Made by a program: the position numbers and the translations under genes
Notes under the pieces: generated by a model
Database searches by the model: none
Told to the model about the DNA's origin: nothing
The model's input: the letters and a program-made list of their open reading frames with translations, nothing else
Source of the DNA: an uncultured Acidobacteriota bacterium
Lineage (GTDB): Bacteria > Acidobacteriota > UBA6911 > RPQK01 > JAPXNP01
Reading direction: 5' to 3'
NCBI GenBank assembly: GCA_963777605.1
Contig: CAVZRV010000035.1
Span: 96,001 to 160,000, forward strand
DNA length: 64,000 bases
In this document: positions 41,832 to 51,491 of the stretch, in pieces
Numbering within the stretch: position 1 is the stretch's first letter
How the letters are laid out: every line of letters starts with the position of its first letter

Positions 41832-43730
41832 ACAGGATACTGACTACCGCGCTTTTGACCACACTCCTGACCGGTGCCGCGCTGTTGGGACAGAATCTCG
41901 GTGACCAGGCGACCGCGGGTTTTAACGACTCGCGCACCTACCTCAATTCGGACGCCGGGGACTTCAAGCCTCCGCTCGAACTGAACCGGACCTTGAGCCT
42001 TCCGGAAGGGACGACGGCTCAAACCCTGTCGGTCTTCGAGGACTACGTGCTGATCGGCCAGGGGGGAGAGGCGGCGCACTACTCCTTGCTCGACAGCGAG
42101 ACGGGCGCGGAGGTCTGGAGATTCGATCTTCCAACCAATACCCCCGACACCCTCGATTACGTCCCGGCCATCAACGGAGACATCGTACTGCTGGGCGGGT
42201 CCACGAGCACGTCGGTGACGGCGGTTGAGGTCTCGACTGGAAACCTCCTCTGGCAGGACAACCGGGTTGGATCTTCGGACGGGCGCGGCACCGCTGCTCC
42301 TGGATGACTTGGCCCTGTATTCCGGTGAATGGGGCGTGGTTGCCGCCCGCCCCTGTGACGGGGCGGTCGTCTGGCAGTATCCGCCGAGTGCTGAAGTGGG
42401 AAGCATCCATCTGGCCAAGGCTCCCCTATCGAGAATTGGGAGCCGGGTCTATCTACTCACAGACGAGGGAAGCCTCACCGCACTCGATCTCCTGACGGGT
42501 GTACCGATCTGGTCGGCCCCTGAAATCGGCTCGGACGGCTCGAACATCATCGCCACCCGCAAGTTCGTCTACGTCAGCAATCAGTCCGAGGGGCGAGTAA
42601 ACGCGATCCGAACCAGCGATGGGTCGGTTGCATGGAGCGTCGAATTCGCTATCCCGTTCGCCGGTCACTCGACCTTCGGCAATCCAGGAATCGCGTTGGC
42701 CTACGATCAACTCTTTGTCTTCTATAGCACCCCGTTGTTCAGCAGCACCCTGGAGAATCGAGTGGCAGCACTCGCTCCCGAGACGGGAGACCTGCTCTGG
42801 GAGAGGATTGATTACAGATACGTGCAGCTAGATCTCGGCCCCCCTCCTCTCCCCCATCCTCCCCAGTTTGGTCAAATCGCAAATAGGGCTGTGTACTTCT
42901 ACAATTACTGGGCAGAAGACGGCGTTCGCACCCTGGATGCCTTCACCGGAAACGTGCACTGGAACTCGTCGCAGAGCGGCGCCGTGCAGAGTCTGGCGGT
43001 CGTGAAGGATACCCTCTACGTCCTTTTTGAGAACGAGCTGAATATCTATCGTCCTGCGAACACGATCTACCTCCCGCAATTTGCCGACGGCATGGGGGCC
43101 TCGACGCTGATTACCCTTGCCAACCTGACCAACGACCAGGCGACAGGGACTGTCGAGTTCTTGGACGATGACGGAAATCCTGCCGCTGTCGAGGTGGAAG
43201 GTTCCGTGGGAGCGGTATCCAGCCTGGACTTTGTACTCGAACGGTACGGGAGCCTGGCAATTCAGACGGCAGGAGCAGCGAACCCTCTTGTCACAGGTTG
43301 GGCTCGCGTGACCGCATCCCGGCCGATTCGGGGAACGGCCGTCTACCAGGTCCGTGAGTCCGACGACATCCTCTTCGAGGCCGGAGTCGGGGACGCGCAG
43401 CCGACGGGGTTGGCGAACGTCTTCGTCTCGACTCGTTCCTCAGCTGCCGGAGACAGGATTAGCACTGGAATTGCGATCGCGAATCCACTGAATGAGCGGG
43501 CGACCGTTGACCTGATATTTCCGGCCGGACCGATGGTGCACCTCGACGCTTCCATTACACTGGAACCCGGTCAGCATGTGGCCAAATTCATCGACGAGCT
43601 GTTTCCGGATCTGGCCAACACTGACGTTACCGGGACGCTGATCATCTCCTCTGAAGTACCGGTGGTCGTCACGGCATTGCGAACTCAAAACGGCTACCCC
43701 ATGTCGAGTTATCCGGTCGGAATCCCATGA
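41828..43730 (+). CDS. Secreted PQQ-like beta-propeller plus family domain (one frameshift near 42290)
   Basis: Repeated A(L/F)D..TG..xW blades; LPQFADG, STGIAIAN; ORFs 41828-42307 and 42225-43730 join. Confidence 0.75.
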
Positions 43731-43907
43731 TCCTCGATACTGCCTTTCACGATGGTGGCTCCGCTCCCGTCTCTGGGCGGCCCTACTGGTAATGGCCCAA
43801 CGATCGATGATCAGCTGGTTGATGCAGAAAAGAGACTCTCTCCGGGGAGCCAAGGGACAATTGGTAGCGAGCGCTGATCTGGGAGATTGAGCCAGGAGAA
43901 AAGAGAA

Positions 43908-44999
43908 ATGACTAATCACTGCCGAAGGACTTCTCGACGCCCGACTCGGAAGCGGGCACCCGCATGTCAGTACACTTTGCGGAGTCACCCTGTCAGAGCG
44001 CCCTTGCCGATTTTGGTTCTGTTCGTCACGCTGTTCTGTGTGGCCCTGTTATCCGGCCAAGATCGGCTCAACGATTTTGACAGGGTCCTGCCTCAGGTCG
44101 CCAAAGGCGGAAGCGACCCGAGCATCGAGACGACTCTCCAGGTAATTAACCCGAACGAAGAAGCCGTTTCAATTGACGTAACCAGTACAGACGAGGAATT
44201 GCTCCCCTCTACCTCCTTCGAATTGGGACCTCTCGCAACCAAGACCATCATTCTCAGTGGTGGCGAACTGCGAAAGGGCTCAATCCGGATCCACTGTACC
44301 AAGGCCCTTTCCGTCTCCGCTCTCATGGTTACCAGGCAGGAAGGCGAGATCCTCTCCCAGCTCAGCCTGCCGGCGGAGCCTCTCGAAGCGGGCGCCGTCA
44401 TCCCGGTGCTCTACCGCTCAGACCAGGTCGAAAACACCGGGCTGGCAGTCTTTTTCAATACGGGTGGACAATATCGCCTCAGGCTTTACGACGAGGACGG
44501 AACCCGACTGGCGGAACGAACGATCCTTCTGAGAAGCCCGTCCGATCCCCGCCATCTGGCCCAGTTCGCGGACGAGTTGTTCGACATCAATGTCCTTCCC
44601 GGCGGATTTCAGGGCTGGATCCACATGATCGCTTACGATTGGCAAGCCCGTGGCTTCTCGGCTACGGCGGTCTATACCAAAGGAACACAGTTCTGGCGGG
44701 CGCAAGTCTCGCGTACGAATCGCCCGGGGACCTATCGGCTGACTACGACAACCGGCTCCGAGGCGTTGTTCGAGGAACTACGCGACGAGTACGGGTTCAA
44801 TTCCGTAATCGAAGCCCTTGATTACTGGACGATCAGTTGCCCGGACTCGGTGGCAGAAGCACTCGAACGCGACCCGCGCGTGGCCCAGGTCGAGCCCTCC
44901 TCGAATCCACTCAACGTGTCCGCCGGAGAGGACGGCGGGCCAGTTCAAGTAGAAGGAATGGCAATAGCGAAGGGCCGGGCTGGATTCGTCCCAGTCTAA
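43908..44999 (+). CDS. Secreted protein, paralogous beta-sandwich family
   Basis: LPQVAKG..ETTLQVINP, NTGLAV, HLAQFADELF; C-terminal ALERDPRVAQVEP. Confidence 0.75.
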   Translation: MTNHCRRTSRRPTRKRAPACQYTLRSHPVRAPLPILVLFVTLFCVALLSGQDRLNDFDRVLPQVAKGGSDPSIETTLQVINPNEEAVSIDVTSTDEELLPSTSFELGPLATKTIILSGGELRKGSIRIHCTKALSVSALMVTRQEGEILSQLSLPAEPLEAGAVIPVLYRSDQVENTGLAVFFNTGGQYRLRLYDEDGTRLAERTILLRSPSDPRHLAQFADELFDINVLPGGFQGWIHMIAYDWQARGFSATAVYTKGTQFWRAQVSRTNRPGTYRLTTTTGSEALFEELRDEYGFNSVIEALDYWTISCPDSVAEALERDPRVAQVEPSSNPLNVSAGEDGGPVQVEGMAIAKGRAGFVPV

Positions 45000-45093
45000 T
45001 TCCGGTCCAGATCCCACCTGGTCGCGTCGGTTGGGAAGCGGAGAACCCCTTCTCTGCTTCTTACTCGGTCACACCGGTTCGGTGTCGCGCTAG

Positions 45094-45332
45094 CCCGCAT
45101 TTCTCAAGAATGACGCAAAAAAGGGCAGCCCTCTCTGATATAAGTCTTTTTGCTACAAGGATTTAGATCAGAAGAGGAAGCCGCCCTTATGAGTTCAGAG
45201 TGTAATCCCAACCGAGTCCATTTACAAGGTCCGAATCGACGCCAGATCACTGCCCAGTTCAACGGTGGAAGCATCGTCTCAGACGGGGGCGTTCTCCTGC
45301 TGGCCGAGACGGATCGCCGCAGCCTGGAGTAA
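45094..45332 (+). mobile_element. IS1380-family 5' fragment
   Basis: RQITAQFNGGSIVSDGGVLLLAETDRR is the typical IS1380 transposase N-terminus; left boundary approximate. Confidence 0.75.
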
Positions 45333-45488
45333 TGACTTGGTGACGGCTTCATCGAGGTAAGCCTCCCCGCAGTTATCACAAACCTCGGCTGGAACACCTC
45401 TGAACACGATCACCGTCTCGTCCCGCTCGAGAGTCACCGTCGTCTTTCCGGCAGCCCTATTCCCTCGTTTGCAGATTACGCACTTCAT
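45279..45488 (-). pseudogene. YgiT/MqsA-type zinc-finger protein truncated by the IS1380 fragment
   Basis: MKCVICK...VPAEVCDNCGE. Confidence 0.75.
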
Positions 45489-45676
45489 CGTCGTCTCCCA
45501 AGAGTATCTCCTGGCAGTCTACGAAAGGCGAGTTCCGCAAGGTTAGGGTGTGCCGGTAGGTGTGCCAGTTTTTGTTGCGGGGTTGTGTCGTCGCATGTCA
45601 CCCCCTGTCGGTCTTGGTCGTTAGTAAGTTGTTGTGATTACTTCGTTTGCCCAGCTTTTTCGGACTCTTGCAGCTT

Positions 45677-45723
45677 GCCTGTCACGCCGGAGGTCGCGAG
45701 TTCGAGTCTCGTCGACCCCGCCA
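45677..45723 (+). tRNA. 3' half of tRNA-Asp(GTC); probable attR at the island's right end
   Basis: GCCTGTCACGCCGGAGGTCGCGAGTTCGAGTCTCGTCGACCCCGCCA; no 5' half. Confidence 0.85.
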
Positions 45724-46201
45724 TTTCTTTTCAGGTCCCTAACCTCAATGCCAGTTTTCTCCCTTTTCAGACGCGAAACAGGTTCGCCGGTTTCCCGGGA
45801 GCAGGGCACCCGCATACTTCGAGCTCAACTCATTCGAGAACTCGTCCATGCCTGCGGGTACTGCAGTGTGCGTCGCGAGGACTTTGCTGCAGGCACTCAG
45901 TTCCGTGGCCTCTGCAGTTGATAGTCCGGAATCCTGAAGAACAACAGGGCAAGAGTGTCAAGTTGCGAGCTCCGTTTGATCTGGCAATGTCGATACATTA
46001 AAATCCAGCCAGTTGTGCTCCGCGGATCCCTGCGGGGAGGGTCGGTACAGTGATTCGCCTTTCCGGCCTGTACGGCAGAACATATAGATCAGGGCGGCAT
46101 CACGAGAATCTGGGTCCAACCCATTGGAGTAGCGGTGGGTGAGACCCTCCGATTCAGTTCCACTTGCCAATTCACATTACGAATTCGGAGGTAGCGTCGG
46201 T

Positions 46202-47635
46202 TTGAGCTTTCGTAGGTACGATCCCGGTGAGTTTTACGATGAACTCTTCGAATCGGTCGGTCGCCCCCGGCCAGGGGCGCGCATCCTGATCGATAAGTTC
46301 GAGAGACTGACTCAAGACGAACTCCGACTGAAACAGCAGGCCGCCGAGTTGGCTTTGCTGAACATGGGGATCACGTTCAACGTTTACGGGGATGCGGCCG
46401 GAGTCGAGAAGATATTTCCTTTCGACATCGTTCCGCGGATCCTGGAGAGGCCGGACTGGGAATTCATCGAGACCGGGCTCCGACAACGTATTACCGCCCT
46501 CAATCTGTTTCTGGACGACCTCTACCACGACCAGAAAATCATCAAAGACGGCGTCATCCCCAGGTTTGTCGTAGAGTCCTCGAAGGGACTGCTCGAAGCG
46601 TGCGCAGGCCTCAACCCTCCAGATGGCATCTGGTGCCACATCGCGGGAATAGACCTGGTCCGCGACGAGAGCGGCCAATTCCTCGTTCTGGAAGACAATC
46701 TTCGCTGTCCAAGCGGCGTTTCCTACGTTCTCGAGAACCGCCAGGTCCTCAAGCGGACGTTCCCGACGGTGTTCCATGAGTCCAAAGTGCGGCCCGTTGA
46801 TGAATATCCCGCACGTTTGCTCGACTGCCTGATGTCGATCGCACCGGAGCGACCCCAGAGGCCGACGGTAGTCGTATTGACTCCCGGAATCTACAATGCG
46901 GCCTACTTCGAGCACTCCTTTTTGGCGCAGCAGATGGGTGTCGAACTCGTCGAGGGCCGTGACCTGGTCGTGGATAACGGGCAGGTCTGGATGAGAACGA
47001 CCCGAGGCCTGCAGCGCGTTGACGTCATCTACCGGCGAATCGATGACGAATTTCTCGATCCGACCACGTTTCGGTCTGATTCGATGCTGGGCGTCCCCAA
47101 CTTGATGGAAGTCTACCGGAACGGGAGAGTGGCCATCGCCAATGCACCCGGCACCGGAGTGGCCGACGACAAGGTGGTCTATGCCTACGTGCCCGAAATC
47201 GTGAAGTACTACGTTGATGAGGACATCATTCTCCCAAACGTCCCGACCTTCCTCTGCTGGGAGGATTCACAACGGAAGCACGTCCTCCAAAACCTGGAGA
47301 AACTCGTTGTCAAAGCGGCCAACGAGTCCGGAGGGTATGGGATGCTGATCGGACCCCACTCGACCCGGGAACAGAGGGACGAGTTCAAGGGCAGGATTGA
47401 GGCCAATCCCCGCAACTACATCGCGCAGCCCACGATCGGCCTGTCAAGGGCACCCGTCCTGGTAGGGGAGCACTTCGAAGGCAGGCATGTCGATCTCAGA
47501 CCCTACGTTCTCTTCGGAAAAGAGGTCTACATACTGCCAGGAGGTCTGACTCGGGTCGCCCTGAAGAAAGGTTCCCTTGTGGTCAATTCCTCGCAGGGTG
47601 GCGGGAGCAAGGACACTTGGGTTTTGAGGGACTGA
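46202..47635 (+). CDS. Circularly permuted type 2 ATP-grasp protein (Anbu operon)
   Basis: GGAGGT RBS; LEDNLRCPSGVSY, DVIYRRIDD, NSSQGGGSKDTWV. Confidence 0.93.
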   Translation: MSFRRYDPGEFYDELFESVGRPRPGARILIDKFERLTQDELRLKQQAAELALLNMGITFNVYGDAAGVEKIFPFDIVPRILERPDWEFIETGLRQRITALNLFLDDLYHDQKIIKDGVIPRFVVESSKGLLEACAGLNPPDGIWCHIAGIDLVRDESGQFLVLEDNLRCPSGVSYVLENRQVLKRTFPTVFHESKVRPVDEYPARLLDCLMSIAPERPQRPTVVVLTPGIYNAAYFEHSFLAQQMGVELVEGRDLVVDNGQVWMRTTRGLQRVDVIYRRIDDEFLDPTTFRSDSMLGVPNLMEVYRNGRVAIANAPGTGVADDKVVYAYVPEIVKYYVDEDIILPNVPTFLCWEDSQRKHVLQNLEKLVVKAANESGGYGMLIGPHSTREQRDEFKGRIEANPRNYIAQPTIGLSRAPVLVGEHFEGRHVDLRPYVLFGKEVYILPGGLTRVALKKGSLVVNSSQGGGSKDTWVLRD

Positions 47636-47719
47636 AAGTGTCGCCGACGGACCAGCGGCCGGCAGTCCCGAATCAACCTGAGGGTCGGGCCGCGGATTCG
47701 ATCACTGATTGAAGGAGTT

Positions 47720-48679
47720 ATGCTAAGTCGAGCAGCGGATGCGATTTACTGGATGAATCGGTATGTGGAACGGGCGGAGAATGCCGCTCGCTTCATGGAA
47801 GTCAACCATCACCTTATGCTGGATCTTGCTGCTGTCGGCGAGGAACAGTGGGAACCGCTGGTGACGGCCGTGGGCGCCCGCGAACTGTTCTTCCGCAGTT
47901 TCGAGTCTGCAAGCCAGGAAAACGTGATCCAGTTTCTAACCTTCGACGACCGCAACCCCAACTCAATCGCCTCTTGCCTGTACAAAGCCCGGGAGAATGC
48001 ACGTTCCATTCGCGAGATCATCTCCTCGGAGATGTGGGAGCAGGTCAATCGCTTCTATCACATCGTCAGAGAAGGATCTCTCCCGAAAGTGCTCGAGTCG
48101 CCTCATCCTTTCTTCACCAGAATCAAGGTGAACTCGCACCTGCTTTACGGCATCACCGACGCGACCATGTCTCACAACGAGGCGTGGCAGTTCGGCCGCT
48201 TGGGTCGCTGCCTGGAGCGTGCTGATCAGACGTCTCGAATTCTGGATGTCAAGTATTTCATCCTCCTCCCGAATGTCGCCGATGTGGGAACGCATTTCGA
48301 CAAGATTCAGTGGTCGGCCCTTCTGAAATCTGCCAGTGCCCTGGAAATGTATCGAAAGCGCTATGGTCAGATCTCTCCCGAACAAGTGGCTGAATTCCTG
48401 ATTCTCGATCGCGCGTTCCCGCGGTCAATCCATTTCTCACTGATTGAGGCCGATAAATGCCTCCGCAACATAGGCGGGTCGAACGAGGGCACTTTCACGA
48501 ATGCTGCTGAGAAGGAGCTGGGCAGACTCCGGGCGGATCTCGGCTATCGTCAGATCGAGGACATCATGGCTTCGGGACTTCACCAGTTCCTTGACTCGCT
48601 TCAGGTCCGCCTGATCGCGGTGGGGGGCGCCATTGCATCAACCTTTCTTAATCTGCATACTGTCTCCGACAGATCCTGA
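47720..48679 (+). CDS. Alpha-E domain protein (DUF403)
   Basis: MLSR.A..IYWM.RYVERAE; second ERAD motif; FPRS. Confidence 0.93.
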   Translation: MLSRAADAIYWMNRYVERAENAARFMEVNHHLMLDLAAVGEEQWEPLVTAVGARELFFRSFESASQENVIQFLTFDDRNPNSIASCLYKARENARSIREIISSEMWEQVNRFYHIVREGSLPKVLESPHPFFTRIKVNSHLLYGITDATMSHNEAWQFGRLGRCLERADQTSRILDVKYFILLPNVADVGTHFDKIQWSALLKSASALEMYRKRYGQISPEQVAEFLILDRAFPRSIHFSLIEADKCLRNIGGSNEGTFTNAAEKELGRLRADLGYRQIEDIMASGLHQFLDSLQVRLIAVGGAIASTFLNLHTVSDRS

Positions 48680-48691
48680 GGACTTTGGGAC

Positions 48692-49453
48692 ATGAGCTTT
48701 TGTCTGGGGATGAAGGTAGCGGACGGACTGGTAGCGATCGCCGACACTCGGGTGACGACCGGGACTGAGCGCATTACCGCGCGAAAAGTGACGATCCATC
48801 AACATCGCCAGCACTCAATGTTCTTGATGACGTCCGGCCTTCGGTCGGTAAGGGACAAGGCATTGACCTATTTTGAAGAGGTCATCGATCAGAGCGATGA
48901 ATCTTTCGATCGGTTGTACAAGGCGGTCAACGCCTTCTCGTCCCAGATCCGGAGGGTCGCAAAGGAAGACAAGCGAGCCATTGAGGAGGGCGGACTGAGA
49001 TTCAACCTGCATGCCCTGGTTGGAGGACAACTGGAGAATGACGCGGAGCACAAGCTCTATCTCATTTACCCTCAGGCCAACTGGGTCGAAGTCGGGCAGG
49101 GCAGCCCTTACGTGATCATCGGCGAGACCGGCTACGGGAAACCCCTGCTGGACCGTGTGCTTCGATACGATACTCAGCTTGAAACCGCGCTCAAGGTCGG
49201 ATATCTCGCGTTTGACGCCACCCGGACCAGTGCTACCGATGTCGATTTCCCCCTCGATATCGTTCTCTATCGGGCAGGGACATTCATTATGGCTGAGCAG
49301 CGTTACACGGCCGAGGAATTGATGCCGACGTCTGACTGGTGGCAGAAAAACATGCAGAAGATCGTGGCCGAAGCTCCGGCAGAGTGGATGCAGAAAGCGC
49401 TTGACCGCCTCGAAAAGGGACAGGCCATGTCCGCCGTTGCATCTGTTCGATGA
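48692..49453 (+). CDS. Anbu proteasome-like Ntn protease
   Basis: MSFCLG...DTR, IGETGYGKPLLDR; operon context; N-terminal nucleophile position is Ser. Confidence 0.85.
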   Translation: MSFCLGMKVADGLVAIADTRVTTGTERITARKVTIHQHRQHSMFLMTSGLRSVRDKALTYFEEVIDQSDESFDRLYKAVNAFSSQIRRVAKEDKRAIEEGGLRFNLHALVGGQLENDAEHKLYLIYPQANWVEVGQGSPYVIIGETGYGKPLLDRVLRYDTQLETALKVGYLAFDATRTSATDVDFPLDIVLYRAGTFIMAEQRYTAEELMPTSDWWQKNMQKIVAEAPAEWMQKALDRLEKGQAMSAVASVR

Positions 49454-50284
49454 ACATTATTGTTGAGCACGTTCTCGAATATCGGTACAGCGAACCGGTT
49501 TGGCTCGATCCCACGGTGGTGCGGCTATGCCCACTGTCCAACTCCTTGCAACAGGTCGAGGCTTATCAACTCGACGTCATCCCCGAGCCGGTGGACTCAT
49601 CTTTCTTCGTCGATGCGGCGGGCAATAACGCCCAGAGACTCTGGTTTTCCGGGCTGCACACGAACCTGAAGTTGACGGCCCGGATCAGCGCCAGGACCAG
49701 TCTCGGGAACCCTTTCGGGTTTCTCCTGGAACCCGGAGCCGATTCGATTCCCTTCGCATATTCCGAGGGCGAAGATCGCCTGCTCCAACCCTACACTATG
49801 TCTACTACAGCCTCAGCGGTGAGGCGACTAGCCCAGCGAGCGGTCGACGAATCCAGTGGTCAAACAGTGCCGTTCCTGGTTCGTCTGTGTGAAATCATCC
49901 ACCAGGAAGTCCGCCTCCGCCGGCGCCCTCGAGGCGACCCTCGCCGCCCCGAGCAAACTCTCCTGCAGAAGGACGGTGCCTGTCGCGATCTCGCTGTCCT
50001 TTTTGCCCACGCGTGCAGGTCGGTCGGAATTGCCGCCCGATTTGTGAGTGGATACGCTTTCCAGCCGGAACTTTCGGTCCCTGAGTTGCACGCCTGGTGC
50101 GAAGTCTACCTGCCTGGGGCCGGCTGGAGGGGATTTGACCCGTCCAGCGGTCTCGCCATCGATTCAACATATCTCGCGCTGGCCACAGGTCCGACCCACG
50201 ACGAAGCCCGTCCTGCTTGCGGAAGCTTTCGAGGTAGCCGCGGTATCGAGGCTCAAGACCCAGCTTCGCATTGACGTGACTTAA
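49450..50284 (+). CDS. Transglutaminase-like protein (probable frameshift in the last codons)
   Basis: GACRDLA, ARFVSGY, HAWCEVYLPGAGW.GFDP. Confidence 0.9.
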
Positions 50285-51156
50285 GACTTAGGTCGAGCCA
50301 GGGCGAGCGCCTGCTCCCAGACCCGGTCCTCCACATTCTCCAGAAAGAGCTGCAGATGGGGGTAGGGAATCTCAATGCCGGCCTCATCGAGTGCCAATTT
50401 GCTGGCCTCAATCACGCGAAAGTAAACCGGCTGCTCCCGAGACGCATCCTTGATCCAGACACGCACGTCCAGATTGACACTGGAAGAATCCAGTTCGGTG
50501 ACCACGACGTCCGGCTCTGGCTTCTGCAGGACATCCTGAAGGTCCCTGACCGACCGGAGGATCACTTCCCGGGCCTGAGCGACCTTCTCCTTGTATGCGA
50601 TTCCGACGGGCACGTCGATCCTGGTCACCCCTTCCTTGGAGTGGTTCACCAAAACGGAGTCGATGATCGTCCGGTTGGGAATTACCACGTAGGTGTTCCG
50701 GTTTGTCCGGATTCTGGTTGATCGCATGGTGATGTGGTTCACCTCCCCGTATCGGTCAGCGACGGTCACCCACTCGCCGACCTGGAACGGCTTGTCAATG
50801 AAGATCAGGAATCCCGCAATGATGTTTGCCAGCGAATCCTGGGCGGCGAATCCGATTGCGATTCCAGCCACGCCGATCCCGGCCAGAGCCGCCCCGACAT
50901 TGATCCCGATCTGATCGGCGGCCATCACAAGACCAAAGATGAAAACAGTCAGGCGGTAGACATTGTCCACCAGCATGCCGACGACCGTTTTGTGTAAACC
51001 GGCACGCTCGAGAACCGCCTGAAGTGGGACCCGCGTCACGCGGTAGACGGCCCAGAAGAGTGCCAGAATGAACAAAGCAGCGATCAAGTCTGGAATGAAC
51101 CCCACGGCTCGGGTGACAAGCACTCCAATGTCCAGCTTTTCGAACAAGTCATTCAT
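50281..51156 (-). CDS. mscS: MscS small-conductance mechanosensitive channel
   Basis: AIGFAAQDSLANIIAG, KPFQVGE, IPN, IEIPYP. Confidence 0.9.
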   Translation of the reverse strand: MNDLFEKLDIGVLVTRAVGFIPDLIAALFILALFWAVYRVTRVPLQAVLERAGLHKTVVGMLVDNVYRLTVFIFGLVMAADQIGINVGAALAGIGVAGIAIGFAAQDSLANIIAGFLIFIDKPFQVGEWVTVADRYGEVNHITMRSTRIRTNRNTYVVIPNRTIIDSVLVNHSKEGVTRIDVPVGIAYKEKVAQAREVILRSVRDLQDVLQKPEPDVVVTELDSSSVNLDVRVWIKDASREQPVYFRVIEASKLALDEAGIEIPYPHLQLFLENVEDRVWEQALALARPKS

Positions 51157-51491
51157 CAATGCCTCCTGAATCATTCCGGCTCGTTGGCAGGGTCGGGTAT
51201 TTGCGTGCCTCAACGGAAATCATGGGACTGGTCTCGTCTGAGATTGAGACTCGAAGGGAGCGATTCCCTGACCGTCCGCGGGTTTCCCAAACCAGTGCCT
51301 GGCGCGGGCGCAACTCTGATCTGTGCCAATGCCCCGTTCCCACATGCCCCATGCACTCGGGGCGTGCACGTGCCGAATATCATAACCTATAAGATGGGAC
51401 CACAGAGAACTCAGATGCACGGGCCGGAGCGGCGACTCTGGGAAGCAGACGTCGGGCTGGTGGCAAGAAAACAGGAGAGGAGATCAAGGCG

